Shown: positions 18,497-28,956, counted from the stretch's first letter. The stretch: 64,000 nt of DNA from an uncultured marine group III euryarchaeote (GCA_902627615.1 CACOJW010000004.1:11965-75964); one strand, 5' to 3'. A program made the numbers and translations. The notes: generated by a model from the letters alone, not told the origin.

Positions 18497-19426
18497 TTAT
18501 TTAACCTTTGTTGTCTTTGAATTATTAGCTGTTTCGCTCAAAGCTTCGAGTTTAGTTATGAACAATTTCACTTCTTCAACGCTCCAACCAGAATAAAATT
18601 CACCCAATCGTGACCAAGCCTCTGCCTCCTCATCTGCCATTCGATATAAGTCAACTAAAGTAGCTTGAATTTTGCCCTCATTAAAATTTTTTGAATAATC
18701 CACTAACCTCTGTTCTACTTTACCTTCATCTACATTATAACTCGTGTTAATATCTAGATCACTAAATTCTAGATAATCACCAAGTAATGTCTGAGGAACA
18801 TAAAGAATATACATTCCAGAAAAAAAGACGCCAAATTGAAAGATTAAGTATCCTTCTGAGGCATATCCAAAGGTAAACCAACCTTCCTCGTCCAAATACA
18901 TTTTTGTATAATAATAGTAGCTTATGAATGTAAAAATAAAGAATGAAGGGACCGATAGTAGCCAATCAGTAAGGCTAATTGATCTGTCTGCTTCGGGTAC
19001 TTGGCCAACGATATTGTATCTTAATCCATATATTTCAAGAATCATCCAATACATCAAGAACATCGCCAGAAAAATGAGAATTAAGCTAACTACAAACCAA
19101 ACTATCCCTTGATCAAACATTACAAAAAGAATAATTGTTCCAAAAGCTGTAAGCCAATAAACTCCAATTAACCAAACTCCATGGGTCCAAATCTTGTAAA
19201 ATAGTTGCTGTAAACATATCAAGCAGGTAATACCTGAAAATAACCATACTGGAGTAGAAATCAAATGAAATTCAATCCCAAATAAGGGTAAAGATATTAA
19301 TTTCCCAATGCCGCCCTCTACGTAACCACAAAACAACGAAATTGTAAACGTCAAGGTTGAGAGAACTAAAAGTAAAGATTCTTCCACTGATCTTTCCAAT
19401 CCAAGCTGACGACCTAGCAATCCCAT
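18497..19426 (-). CDS. Hypothetical polytopic membrane protein (6-7 TM plus soluble C-terminus)
   Basis: Long ORF with several hydrophobic segments; no motif recognised. Confidence 0.75.
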   Translation of the reverse strand: MGLLGRQLGLERSVEESLLLVLSTLTFTISLFCGYVEGGIGKLISLPLFGIEFHLISTPVWLFSGITCLICLQQLFYKIWTHGVWLIGVYWLTAFGTIILFVMFDQGIVWFVVSLILIFLAMFLMYWMILEIYGLRYNIVGQVPEADRSISLTDWLLSVPSFFIFTFISYYYYTKMYLDEEGWFTFGYASEGYLIFQFGVFFSGMYILYVPQTLLGDYLEFSDLDINTSYNVDEGKVEQRLVDYSKNFNEGKIQATLVDLYRMADEEAEAWSRLGEFYSGWSVEEVKLFITKLEALSETANNSKTTKVK

Positions 19427-19479
19427 TAATCTATTAGTTTGAAAGTTACTACAAATAGATTTTGTGCAGTCTTAAATTA

Positions 19480-19968
19480 CTACTTTTCATCCATAGCCTG
19501 CTTCAGAAGATCACCCATTGTTAGAGCCTTATTAGTTTGATTAGAGCTGGTACTAGACTGCACTTCTACTTTTTCTAATAACTTAATTCCTAGCGCATTC
19601 TCTAATTTTTTTATGAGTTTCTCATTGGGCTTCATATTTCCTGCTTCAACTGAAGTTAAAATGGATTTTTTCTCAGAGATTTTGATGGCTAAGTTCGCAG
19701 GACCTAGTCCTTTTTTTTCCCTAGCACGCCTAACTCTGGAACCATAATCGCTAACCAAAACATATTCGTCCGGTTCTAATTCCTCATATCTATCTCGCTG
19801 CCTACGTTTTTCTAGTGCTTGAGACACATAAGCCCTATGACCTATAGATTCACGGAAACTTGTTTGAGAACCCATTTCTCCACAAGAGCTACAAAGTCTC
19901 AAGACAGAACCTGAGACTTTTCTAGGTTCCAAGTTTGCTGATTCGGCGCCACACATTTCACAAAGCAT
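19480..19968 (-). CDS. Archaeal multiprotein bridging factor 1 (Zn ribbon plus HTH)
   Basis: CEMCG...CSSC; LVSDYGSRVRRAREKKGL; KKLENALGIKL; LTMGDL; divergent from pan. Confidence 0.93.
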   Translation of the reverse strand: MLCEMCGAESANLEPRKVSGSVLRLCSSCGEMGSQTSFRESIGHRAYVSQALEKRRQRDRYEELEPDEYVLVSDYGSRVRRAREKKGLGPANLAIKISEKKSILTSVEAGNMKPNEKLIKKLENALGIKLLEKVEVQSSTSSNQTNKALTMGDLLKQAMDEK

Positions 19969-20021
19969 ATCAAGTCACAACTGATATATATCTAAGCCAA
20001 TTAAATGTTTAGTGATAATAA

Positions 20022-21224
20022 ATGTCCCCCGAAGAAACCGAAGGTGACGTCTCTACGCCAGAGAAAGGAGATGACTGGAACAAATGGCTAATCGAAGAGA
20101 CTGAAAGGTTCGAAGCTGAAAAGCGCCAACTTGAAGCTGATGTTTCTCGAATGAAGAGAGAAAATGCCCATTTGAAAGGAGAACTGGCTAGATTAAGAGC
20201 ACCGCCTCAAGTAATTGGAACTGTAACTGACAGATTAAAAGACGGACGTGTTAGCATAAAGTCAAGCAGTGGACCTGATTTCGTAGTCCATATTTCAGAA
20301 GGGATAGATAAAGAGAATTTAGAGGCTGGCGATCGCGTAGCTCTTCACAGACAGACCCTAGCAGTCTTAGAGTCTTTACCTTCTACTAAGGATCCTCTCG
20401 TAATGGGTGCTGAAGTTGACAGTAAACCAAGTGAAAATTACAAAGATATAGGTGGTTTGGTAGAAGAATTAAATGAACTTAGAAGCACTGTAGAGTTACC
20501 TATGCTTCATCCAAAAAGATTCACAAAAGTAGGTGTTGAGCCTCCTAAAGGAGTTCTGCTTGTAGGACCTCCAGGAACCGGGAAAACTCTGATGGCTAAA
20601 GCAGTAGCTAATGCAACAAACGCTACATTCATTCGCCTAATAGGAAGTGAATTGGTACAAAAATACATAGGTGAAGGTGCTAGACTTGTTAGGGAGCTTT
20701 TCCAATTGGCCCAAGAAAAGGCACCTAGCATTATTTTCATAGACGAACTTGATGCTGTTGGAGCAAAGAGAATGGATGTTGGGACAACTGGTGATAGAGA
20801 AGTTCAGAGAACTTTAATGCAATTATTAGGTGAATTAGATGGATTTACCCCTAGAGGAAATGTTTCGATTATGGCTGCCTCAAACCGTCCAGACATACTA
20901 GATGAAGCCCTTCTGAGACCTGGTAGATTTGATAGAATAATCAAAATACCCCTTCCTGAAGAAGAAGCCCGATTAAAAATAATAAAAATACATACCAAAG
21001 AAATGTCAGTTTCTAGAGGTATAAATTACAAGAAAATTGCTGCAGAAACTGAGGGACTGTCTGGAGCAGACTTGAGAGCTTTATGTGTTGAGGCTGGAAT
21101 GAATGCAATTAATGATAAACAGGCAAAAATTAGTTCTAAAAATTTCTTTGACGCATTAGAAAAAGTGAAAAATAGACTAACTGATGCTGAAATTTCAGAG
21201 CCTGAAGGCGGATTATACTATTGA
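20022..21224 (+). CDS. pan: Proteasome-activating nucleotidase
   Basis: Coiled coil and OB domain; GPPGTGKT; FIDELDA; REVQRTLMQLL; LRPGRFDR; C-terminal HbYX motif LYY. Confidence 0.96.
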   Translation: MSPEETEGDVSTPEKGDDWNKWLIEETERFEAEKRQLEADVSRMKRENAHLKGELARLRAPPQVIGTVTDRLKDGRVSIKSSSGPDFVVHISEGIDKENLEAGDRVALHRQTLAVLESLPSTKDPLVMGAEVDSKPSENYKDIGGLVEELNELRSTVELPMLHPKRFTKVGVEPPKGVLLVGPPGTGKTLMAKAVANATNATFIRLIGSELVQKYIGEGARLVRELFQLAQEKAPSIIFIDELDAVGAKRMDVGTTGDREVQRTLMQLLGELDGFTPRGNVSIMAASNRPDILDEALLRPGRFDRIIKIPLPEEEARLKIIKIHTKEMSVSRGINYKKIAAETEGLSGADLRALCVEAGMNAINDKQAKISSKNFFDALEKVKNRLTDAEISEPEGGLYY

Positions 21225-21898
21225 ATAGAGATATTTCAAAACGAAATGCTGCTGAAGAAGCTGTCAAGTATGTTAAGAATGGAATGGTCGTAGGATTAGG
21301 TACTGGTTCTACTGCAAAGATAGCTGTTGATCTTATTGCTTCTAAATTAAATGAAGATTTCCAGATAGTGGGAATGCCCACTTCAATTCAGACAAAATTA
21401 CAGGCCAAACAATTAGGAATTGAATTAATAGAAATCGATGAAGCTGAAACTATTGATTTAGCAATAGATGGTGCTGACGAAGTTTCCCCTAACATGTCTT
21501 TAATTAAAGGACTAGGGGGGGCACTGTTAAGAGAAAAGAAAGTTGAAAAAAAAGCAAAAGAACTGATTATAATTGTTGATGAAGGAAAGTTAGTTCAAAA
21601 GCTAGGTCGAGGTGAACTTCCTGTAGAAGTTAGCCCAAACAGTTATGAAGTAACCGGCTCAAAAATTGAAGAATTAGGGTGTAAGGCATCGCTAAGAATT
21701 AAAGAAGATGGAAATCCTTTTGTCACTGATAATCAAAACTACATTTATCACTGTAGATTCACTGACGGTATAGAAAACCCAAATTTACTAGATACAAATT
21801 TGCAAGCTATTGAGGGAGTGAAAGATACCGGATTGTTTCTGAATATGGCAACTAAAGTTATAGTAGGCAATGATAAAGGCATACAAATAATGCAATAA
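21221..21898 (+). CDS. rpiA: Ribose-5-phosphate isomerase A (TTG start)
   Basis: GLGTGST, DGADEV, IKGLGGALLREK, TDNQN. Confidence 0.96.
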   Translation: MNRDISKRNAAEEAVKYVKNGMVVGLGTGSTAKIAVDLIASKLNEDFQIVGMPTSIQTKLQAKQLGIELIEIDEAETIDLAIDGADEVSPNMSLIKGLGGALLREKKVEKKAKELIIIVDEGKLVQKLGRGELPVEVSPNSYEVTGSKIEELGCKASLRIKEDGNPFVTDNQNYIYHCRFTDGIENPNLLDTNLQAIEGVKDTGLFLNMATKVIVGNDKGIQIMQ

Positions 21899-22048
21899 CT
21901 ACTTGCCACGCTGTTCCTTTGCCTTAGGCCTCAAACCTTTGTAATTACATTTACGGCATTTAACAGCCTTCCAAGCATTAATTGCATTACACTGCATACA
22001 GACCTTCTTGTTGAACATCCGTGCTTCGGCTTCGGGAAAACGGGCCAT
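21899..22048 (-). CDS. rpl40e: 50S ribosomal protein L40e (49 aa; below ORF track cut-off)
   Basis: Manual translation [49 protein letters not shown]. Confidence 0.96.
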   Translation of the reverse strand: MARFPEAEARMFNKKVCMQCNAINAWKAVKCRKCNYKGLRPKAKEQRGK

Positions 22049-22132
22049 AACTGCGCCGTAGAAGGTGTGGTTATAATGATTGTGCTAAAAATTAACAAAA
22101 GAACTAATAAACATGCCTCTCTAACGCATACT

Positions 22133-22254
22133 ATGCATATGTGCCCCAGAAGGGTGGACCATGTCAGAGGTTTCTAGCAATTGATTAGTTACGAAACGTC
22201 CTATAATTATCTGCAAACTGGAGACTCTAAGGTCTTGAGGAGGAAGAGGCTATA
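22133..22254 (+). promoter_or_regulatory. Candidate structured 5' leader with 14-codon uORF upstream of the CNNM gene
   Basis: uORF 22133-22177; stem 22166-22177 with 22218-22228; outer stem 22156-22160 with 22231-22235; GAGGAGG at 22237-22243. Confidence 0.35.
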
Positions 22255-23355
22255 GTGGAATTTTTAGCAATTTTTAACTCAGTATCAGAAGGATTAGAAA
22301 GTGATGAACTTAACTGGATTAGAATTTCAATTTTTCTAATTCTAGCACTAGGCGTTTCATTTCTTTGCTCTCTATTGGAAGCTATTATCTTATCTGTTAC
22401 GTGGTCTCACATTGAAATACTTAGTAAAGATGAAAGAAACAGTGGCGATAGATTAAAAAGACTGAAAGAAGAAATAGATCAACCATTAGCTGCAATATTA
22501 ACTCTAAACACTATATCTCATACGATTGGTGCTGCAGGCGTTGGCTCTGAATTCCATAAACTTGGTAACGAATGGTTCACTATTGCATCTATTGTTCTCA
22601 CAATACTAATATTAGTTTTTTCAGAAATCATCCCAAAAACCTTGGGAGCAATATACTGGAAAAGAATGGCACCTTCAGCAGCATACACGTTGGATTTACT
22701 TTTATGGATAACTTGGCCGATTGTAGTTGCTCTAAATTACTTCTCAAAGAAAATATCTGAAGGAAATGAAGATCAAAAAGAAATGACTCGCGAGGAAATG
22801 ATTGCGGTTGCGGAAATTGGAGAAACCCAAGGAGCTTTGGAAAAGCAAGAAACTCAAGTCATTAAAAATTTATTAACCTTAGATAAAATACTAGCCGAAG
22901 ATGTAATGACACCTAGTACCGTTATGATGACTTTTCACAAAGAAGAAACAATCGAAGAGGTTATACAAAAAAATTCACCGATCCCATTTTCTAGAATTCC
23001 AATCGTGGACGAAGATCTAGATGATATTATAGGTGTAGTATTGCGAAGTACAATACTAGAAATAAGCAACGAGGGAAATACTGATAAAAAAATGTCAGAG
23101 ATAACTTCTAACTTATCTACAGTAAGTCCTGAAGACTCTGTTGCTACTCTACTCGATGAATTCCTAAAAAAGAAAGAACACATCTTTCTAGTTGTTGATG
23201 AACACGGAGCTACACAAGGAATTATTACACTTGAAGATGCTGTAGAAACTCTATTAGGTGCTGAAATTGTAGATGAATCCGATTCTGTTGAAGATATGAG
23301 GCAATTAGCAAGAGAATTATGGGAAAAACGAAGAAAAAGAAAAAAACTAATCTAA
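22255..23355 (+). CDS. CNNM/CorB-family Mg2+ transporter (DUF21 plus CBS pair), GTG start
   Basis: SFLCSLLEA, ILTLNTISHTIGA, SEIIPKTLG, DVMTP, FSRIPI, VVDEHG..GIITLED. Confidence 0.93.
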   Translation: MEFLAIFNSVSEGLESDELNWIRISIFLILALGVSFLCSLLEAIILSVTWSHIEILSKDERNSGDRLKRLKEEIDQPLAAILTLNTISHTIGAAGVGSEFHKLGNEWFTIASIVLTILILVFSEIIPKTLGAIYWKRMAPSAAYTLDLLLWITWPIVVALNYFSKKISEGNEDQKEMTREEMIAVAEIGETQGALEKQETQVIKNLLTLDKILAEDVMTPSTVMMTFHKEETIEEVIQKNSPIPFSRIPIVDEDLDDIIGVVLRSTILEISNEGNTDKKMSEITSNLSTVSPEDSVATLLDEFLKKKEHIFLVVDEHGATQGIITLEDAVETLLGAEIVDESDSVEDMRQLARELWEKRRKRKKLI

Positions 23356-26247
23356 CGTTTGACTAGTATACCACTCTTTAATTCTATTTGACGTCCAAAT
23401 CATACTTGGAAGAACAAATATTGCTATGAATATTGAATATACTATTGTAGCTGCAGTTATTATACCGAAATTTCTCACTAAAGGCATCGGAGATAAGAAT
23501 AAGACTGCAAAACCAGAAACTGTAGTAAGACCTGAAATCAATATTGCGGAACCTGTAAGTTTTATCGTAGATTCTATAGCCTGCCTCTCACTTTTATGAG
23601 CAATTTCCTCTCTATATCTTTCAACTATATGTATCGCATAATCTATGCCTAAACCAACCGTTAGTGCTGTAACCATAACTGTTAAGACATTCAAAGTAAT
23701 CCCTACTTGCCACATTGTTGCCATAATCCAGATTATGGCCAAAATTGTAGGCAAAGTTGCTACCAAGCTTAATTCGAGATTCCGATATATTAAAGTCAAG
23801 ACAACTGCTGCTAAAACAATTGAAAGCAAAGTAGAACTTATTTGGGTAGATTGTATTTCATTAACTGTAACGCTTGTTAATACATGTCCCCCTGTTATAC
23901 TAATCTCATATTCGGGGTCTGCAGCCATCGTAGAGGGTATATTTCCAGACAACTCATTCCTCATGTATTCAAGGCCTTCATTATCGAGTTCATAATTACT
24001 TGAAGGTCCAAGATATACTCTAATCACTGCAGAATTGTAATAACCATTTTCATCCTTTGATAAAACATGCTTTATTCTGTCTGAATAAGATTCACCTGTG
24101 AATGGATCTGCAACGTCTAAATCTCTTTGATAGAGATAATCATATAAGTTCTTGATATCATTATCTGTTGTTTGACTAAAGGGTTTTGATTGGTAAGTTA
24201 AATTAAACGTATGTTGTATTGATTGAACGTAAACATAATTTTCAGAATTTTTTACACTTATACCTGAAACAAGAGGGCTTGTAGCGCCTGCTTGCATATT
24301 GGGATATGTGAATTTTAAACGTGAAATTTTAGCTTCAGAAGGAGGAACAACTGAAGACTTTGAGCACAATGATAGATTAGGATTTAGCCCATTACAATTC
24401 AATCTTTCTGAACCAAATAAATTATTAGACGAATCATACCAATATATCTCTCCCTCAATAGTGGAAGATAACAACAAATTATGGACATCCCAATCAATTA
24501 CTAATAGTTGGTCAGCTTTAGAAGCTGAATAAACATTAAAGAAGTTTGTAGTGATAGATTCTGAGGAATCATTTCTTTTTTGACCTACATTATACTCTTC
24601 AGAATCAATAGATTTCTGAATAACCTCATAAACTGATTCAACTCTAGCTGCAGATCCAACTTTGATTACATATCTATCTCCATTAAGGCCATTATTGTCG
24701 TTACCTTGTTCTCCATATTGGAACTCATAAGAACTGTTCAAAAAATCTGTAGTTGCTACAGGACCATTAATAAGAATCTGCGACTGGGAATAGCTAGCAC
24801 CTCTAAAATCATTTTGAATACTATCTGCTGTTACCATTATTTCTAAATCATTAGATAAAAAGTCCTCTAGTCCAAAAGAGGTATCAACGTTTGAACCATA
24901 ATAACCAGCTACTAATGTTAAAATAATTACTGTAGAAATTATAGCACTTGGATATTTGTCAACTATATCTGCAGCCCTTGAAATCGAAACTTCAACTATT
25001 TCAGAACTCTTGACATCTGTGAGGTTATCCTCTGAGTTGGAATCAAGTAAATATCTAAGAGAAGTATAGAACAATAAAGTTAAAATGAAAGACGTTGAAA
25101 TACCTATAGCGCACAAGAGGCTAAAATCTCTAACTGGACCAACTCCTGCACTAATTCCGGATAAAAATGCTATTACTGTCGTTACAGTAGCTAAGGCTAA
25201 TGCTTGTCCTGTATGTAATTGAGCATCTAACAACGATTCTTCTACTGAATTACCTGCTTTCAGACCTTCCTGATATCTGCGACTAATGTGTACTGCAAAA
25301 TCGATACCTAATCCAACTACTAAAGGAATGACTGCTACAGCTAAAGCTGTAAGTTTAATTCCAATTAAACCGGCAAATGAAAAAGTCCAGAATACTGATA
25401 AAATCAAAGTCAAAATAGGAAAAGTCACGTAACTCCAGTGCCTAAAGGATAACCACAACAAAATTGTAGTAACAATAAGCATACCTATTGCCATGAATAA
25501 ATTTGTCTGCTGAGTCGACTGGTCTACATCATAAGCCAATAAATCTACAGAAAAGGTTTCTGCTTGAACATTACTCCCTGACTCAGAATTATGGGTATCT
25601 GTTAATACTCTCAATTTTTGACCAACATCTTTCTTCTGCTCAGTATCCAATTCTGGATTAAGAGTTATCATTATTATTGTAGAACTAGCTATGGGTGCCG
25701 AAGCGACCGAATCTTTATCTACGATTACTAAAGGATTTATATTAAGATCTTTATTAACCAAAACGTCTGTTACAAAATCAACTTCGTTCCAAGAATAATT
25801 ACCACTGCCTTCAGATCCTATTGAATCTGCAACTAACTGCCAGGGATTCTCTTGATTACTAACATTTACCAACGAAAGACCTACATCTTCTAGTGCGGAA
25901 TCAAAAAATGCGGCTACGGAAAGAACATCCTGCACGCCATCTATTTTTTCACATTGATTATGCAAAATTAAAATATCGTTTAAGTTTTCTAGTGTTAATA
26001 CATTACCTGAAGTAATTGATGTAACATAAAGTTGTACGACACTAGAATCCCGTCCAAAATTCTCATTTATTGTATCGTAGGCTTCAACTTCCCCAGATTG
26101 TGGTAAAAAAGCTTGAACATCTGTCTCAAATTCAACCTTCAAAATTTGTGGAGAAATTATTAATGTAAAAAGAGCTACAAATATCAAAATCTGTCTCGGG
26201 CTGTCGATTGGAAGCCTCGCATAACGCTCTATCATCGTATCGCGCAT
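23347..26247 (-). CDS. MMPL/RND-family transporter (start may be ATG 26235)
   Basis: Two repeats with GLGIDFAVHI and GLGIDYAIHI; about 12 TM and two large loops. Confidence 0.92.
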   Translation of the reverse strand: MRDTMIERYARLPIDSPRQILIFVALFTLIISPQILKVEFETDVQAFLPQSGEVEAYDTINENFGRDSSVVQLYVTSITSGNVLTLENLNDILILHNQCEKIDGVQDVLSVAAFFDSALEDVGLSLVNVSNQENPWQLVADSIGSEGSGNYSWNEVDFVTDVLVNKDLNINPLVIVDKDSVASAPIASSTIIMITLNPELDTEQKKDVGQKLRVLTDTHNSESGSNVQAETFSVDLLAYDVDQSTQQTNLFMAIGMLIVTTILLWLSFRHWSYVTFPILTLILSVFWTFSFAGLIGIKLTALAVAVIPLVVGLGIDFAVHISRRYQEGLKAGNSVEESLLDAQLHTGQALALATVTTVIAFLSGISAGVGPVRDFSLLCAIGISTSFILTLLFYTSLRYLLDSNSEDNLTDVKSSEIVEVSISRAADIVDKYPSAIISTVIILTLVAGYYGSNVDTSFGLEDFLSNDLEIMVTADSIQNDFRGASYSQSQILINGPVATTDFLNSSYEFQYGEQGNDNNGLNGDRYVIKVGSAARVESVYEVIQKSIDSEEYNVGQKRNDSSESITTNFFNVYSASKADQLLVIDWDVHNLLLSSTIEGEIYWYDSSNNLFGSERLNCNGLNPNLSLCSKSSVVPPSEAKISRLKFTYPNMQAGATSPLVSGISVKNSENYVYVQSIQHTFNLTYQSKPFSQTTDNDIKNLYDYLYQRDLDVADPFTGESYSDRIKHVLSKDENGYYNSAVIRVYLGPSSNYELDNEGLEYMRNELSGNIPSTMAADPEYEISITGGHVLTSVTVNEIQSTQISSTLLSIVLAAVVLTLIYRNLELSLVATLPTILAIIWIMATMWQVGITLNVLTVMVTALTVGLGIDYAIHIVERYREEIAHKSERQAIESTIKLTGSAILISGLTTVSGFAVLFLSPMPLVRNFGIITAATIVYSIFIAIFVLPSMIWTSNRIKEWYTSQTLD

Positions 26248-26272
26248 AAGAACCTTGGTTAAAAATTGTCTG

Positions 26273-27052
26273 TCAATGACCTAGACGCCTTTTTCGCATT
26301 TGAAATGCACGAATTGCTCTCAAAAAATCTATTTTTCGCATTTCTGGCCAAAAAACATCTGCAAAGTATAATTCGGAATAAGCCAATTGCCATAAAAGAA
26401 AATTACTAATTCTCTCCTCACCGGAAGTACGTAGTATTAAATCTGGATCTGGTAGGCCACTAGTGTATAAGTTAGAAGATATCAAATCAGCATTTATTTG
26501 AGTAGGATTTAATTCTCCTCTTTTAATCTTCTTAGCAATCTTTTCCATAGAACGAACAATTTCCTGTCTGCCTCCGTAGGCTACAGCTAAATTATAGTTA
26601 AATTTATTGTATTTTTCAGTTTTAGATTCTGCATATTCAATAGCTTTTACCACCTTATCTGGTAACATCTCTCTATGACCTATGGCTCTAACTCTAACTT
26701 CATTTTCATGAACTCTAGGATCGTCACCTGCATTTCTAAAAGACTCTTCGAAAAGGTCCATTAATTTGTTTAATTCTTCTTGCTCTCTGTTGAAATTTTC
26801 TAATGAAAATGCATAAACTGTTAAGTAAGTAATATTTAACTGTCGACACCAATCTGATAGATTTTCTAATGTCGTTTTACCTTCAATATGCCCTTCATGC
26901 GGTAAGATGCCTAGTGTCTCTGCATATCTTCTATTCCCATCCATAATAACTGCCAAATGTTCGGGGACTTTATTCTTTCTAATTTGCCTTTCTAAACGCT
27001 TTTCATACAATTTGTAAACCGGAGAAAGAAAATTCCTTAGAACACGTCGCAT
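26273..27052 (-). CDS. uppS: cis-prenyltransferase (polyprenyl diphosphate synthase)
   Basis: HLAVIMDGNRR, YAFSLENFNR, YGGRQEI, RTSGEERISNFLLWQ. Confidence 0.96.
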   Translation of the reverse strand: MRRVLRNFLSPVYKLYEKRLERQIRKNKVPEHLAVIMDGNRRYAETLGILPHEGHIEGKTTLENLSDWCRQLNITYLTVYAFSLENFNREQEELNKLMDLFEESFRNAGDDPRVHENEVRVRAIGHREMLPDKVVKAIEYAESKTEKYNKFNYNLAVAYGGRQEIVRSMEKIAKKIKRGELNPTQINADLISSNLYTSGLPDPDLILRTSGEERISNFLLWQLAYSELYFADVFWPEMRKIDFLRAIRAFQMRKRRLGH

Positions 27053-27103
27053 GTCAATTGAGTGATAGATACAACATTATAAAACAACTTTACTGGGTCT
27101 TAA

Positions 27104-28099
27104 GTGAAAGAAAAATACTTGTTTGAATTGGGGGGAGAAAATATTGAATTGGGGAAATACGAAGCCATAGACCTATTAGAGTATGAAAATTATAAACCTC
27201 AAATTCTTTCACAAGAAATTAATTTACTTGTGGTAGAGGTTATAAAACCAATAGAGAAAAAAATAATGAGGCGATTTGGAATGGTGAAACGAGTTTCAAA
27301 TATTATTAATTATCTCGGAAATGTTCAAATAGAAGAAATCATAGAGAAAATACCAGATATTGAAATCAATAACAAAAGTTTTGCAATACGATTACTTAAG
27401 AAAAATGGAGAATCTGAAAGTAAAATTGCCAAGCTTTTAGGCGAAAAAATATCTTCCAAAAATAGAATAGACTTAAATAATCCTGACGTGAAAATTTTCT
27501 ACTATTCCGGGGAAAATACTATTATTTCAAAGTGGGATAAAAATATGGAAACATATTACTCAAAGTGCTTAGAACACCACGTCAAGTATAGGCCTTATTT
27601 TTCTCCAATAAGTATCCACCCTAGAATTGCTAGATCTATGGTAAATCTTGCCAGATGTCCATGGAAAGGTAAAATTATTGATCCTTTTTGTGGAACTGGT
27701 GGAATTTTAATCGAAATAGCTGATATAGGAATTGATGCCATAGGCATTGACATAATTGACAAAATGAAAGAATATTCATTAGGAAATCTAAAACATTATA
27801 ATCTGTCGGCAGCAGTTTCCTGTGGCGATATAGAAACAATAAATGATTATAATTTCAATGCTATTGTAACTGACCCCCCATACGGCATATCTACTACCAC
27901 AAAGGGAGAAGGTGTCAGTAAATTGATGAAGCGGAGTTTAGATTTATTCTCAATTAAATTAAAACCTAAACAAAGACTAGTTATGGCAGTTTCTAAACCT
28001 GAACTTATTGTTCAACATAGCTTAAAAATAATAAAATGTTTCGAATGGTATATTCACAAGTCTCTAACTAGATACATTATGGTTATAGAAAAAGATTAA
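27104..28099 (+). CDS. THUMP-domain tRNA m2G10 methyltransferase (Trm11/TrmG10-like), GTG start
   Basis: RPYFSPISIHPRIARSMVNL, DPFCGTGG, TDPPYG, YIHKSLTR. Confidence 0.9.
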   Translation: MKEKYLFELGGENIELGKYEAIDLLEYENYKPQILSQEINLLVVEVIKPIEKKIMRRFGMVKRVSNIINYLGNVQIEEIIEKIPDIEINNKSFAIRLLKKNGESESKIAKLLGEKISSKNRIDLNNPDVKIFYYSGENTIISKWDKNMETYYSKCLEHHVKYRPYFSPISIHPRIARSMVNLARCPWKGKIIDPFCGTGGILIEIADIGIDAIGIDIIDKMKEYSLGNLKHYNLSAAVSCGDIETINDYNFNAIVTDPPYGISTTTKGEGVSKLMKRSLDLFSIKLKPKQRLVMAVSKPELIVQHSLKIIKCFEWYIHKSLTRYIMVIEKD

Positions 28100-28830
28100 T
28101 ATTTAACATCTATAATCAAACTGTAGTCCATGCTCCCTGATTCACTTTCTATAGTGAAAACATAATTTCCTGTAGAACTCAAATCATCACTGCTGTAGGA
28201 CCAAGCACCGTCACCCTCGCTGACTCCAGTTTCTTCTTGTATGATTGCACCATCTGCGTCTGTAAGTCTCAGCGTAACAGCTGATTCTTCTAAGGGATTA
28301 ATACTTGCGGATTCTAAAGAATACTCTACGCGGAGACTAATAACTCCATTATCTACTGGCATTTCTATATCTTCAGTATTATCATTTCCGTTTACATTAC
28401 CGCTTTGCTCATCGTGATAGTCCTCAACAACTAAAACCGTTGTTTCAATTTCATCCGATAATCCTGTTGAATCTGTGACTACCAATTTTACCAAGAATTC
28501 ACCTTTATCAGGATAGTTACGCTCAATGTTAGAGCCCTCATAGTTTTTTGAATCACCTTCAAAAGACCACATAAAAGACAAACTGTCGCCATCTGAATCT
28601 GTTGAATCTGTGCCTGAGAAAGATATAGTCTCGTTTATCTGTATTTTTGGATTTGAAGGTGTAATTCTTGCAATCGGTGGATTACCGCTAGATTCCACCG
28701 GAGTTTCATTATCATCTGTTTGGTCATCCTCTCCTAAGATATCATCTAACATCCCTTCGCTATATGCATAAACTCCTGAAACACAGACACCTAGCAACAA
28801 AAAACTGATTAACAAAGTAACTTTCTTCAT
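28096..28830 (-). CDS. Secreted or anchored PKD-domain protein
   Basis: N-terminal hydrophobic segment; FSGTDSTDSDGDSLSFMWSF and LVVTDSTGLSD PKD pattern. Confidence 0.8.
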   Translation of the reverse strand: MKKVTLLISFLLLGVCVSGVYAYSEGMLDDILGEDDQTDDNETPVESSGNPPIARITPSNPKIQINETISFSGTDSTDSDGDSLSFMWSFEGDSKNYEGSNIERNYPDKGEFLVKLVVTDSTGLSDEIETTVLVVEDYHDEQSGNVNGNDNTEDIEMPVDNGVISLRVEYSLESASINPLEESAVTLRLTDADGAIIQEETGVSEGDGAWSYSSDDLSSTGNYVFTIESESGSMDYSLIIDVKY

Positions 28831-28956
28831 TGATTTATATTTATTTAAGCCGTATTAATAGTTACCCGTGCTATTAATTCACCATTATTTTAACAAAAGG
28901 ATATAAATAGGGTCCTCGAGTGGCGCAAACTCTGGATTATATTCCTGAAAATAAAT

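Noticed and set aside
18497-19426. Possible rhodopsin (about 7 TM in a likely marine archaeon)
   Set aside because: No helix-G DxxxK retinal lysine motif and no helix-C RYxDW-like motif
22100-22254. Known ncRNA or riboswitch (SRP RNA, RNase P, fluoride, yybP-ykoY, M-box, C/D guide)
   Set aside because: None of their hallmark motifs is recognisable by eye and the gap is too short for SRP or RNase P RNA; kept only as an unclassified candidate
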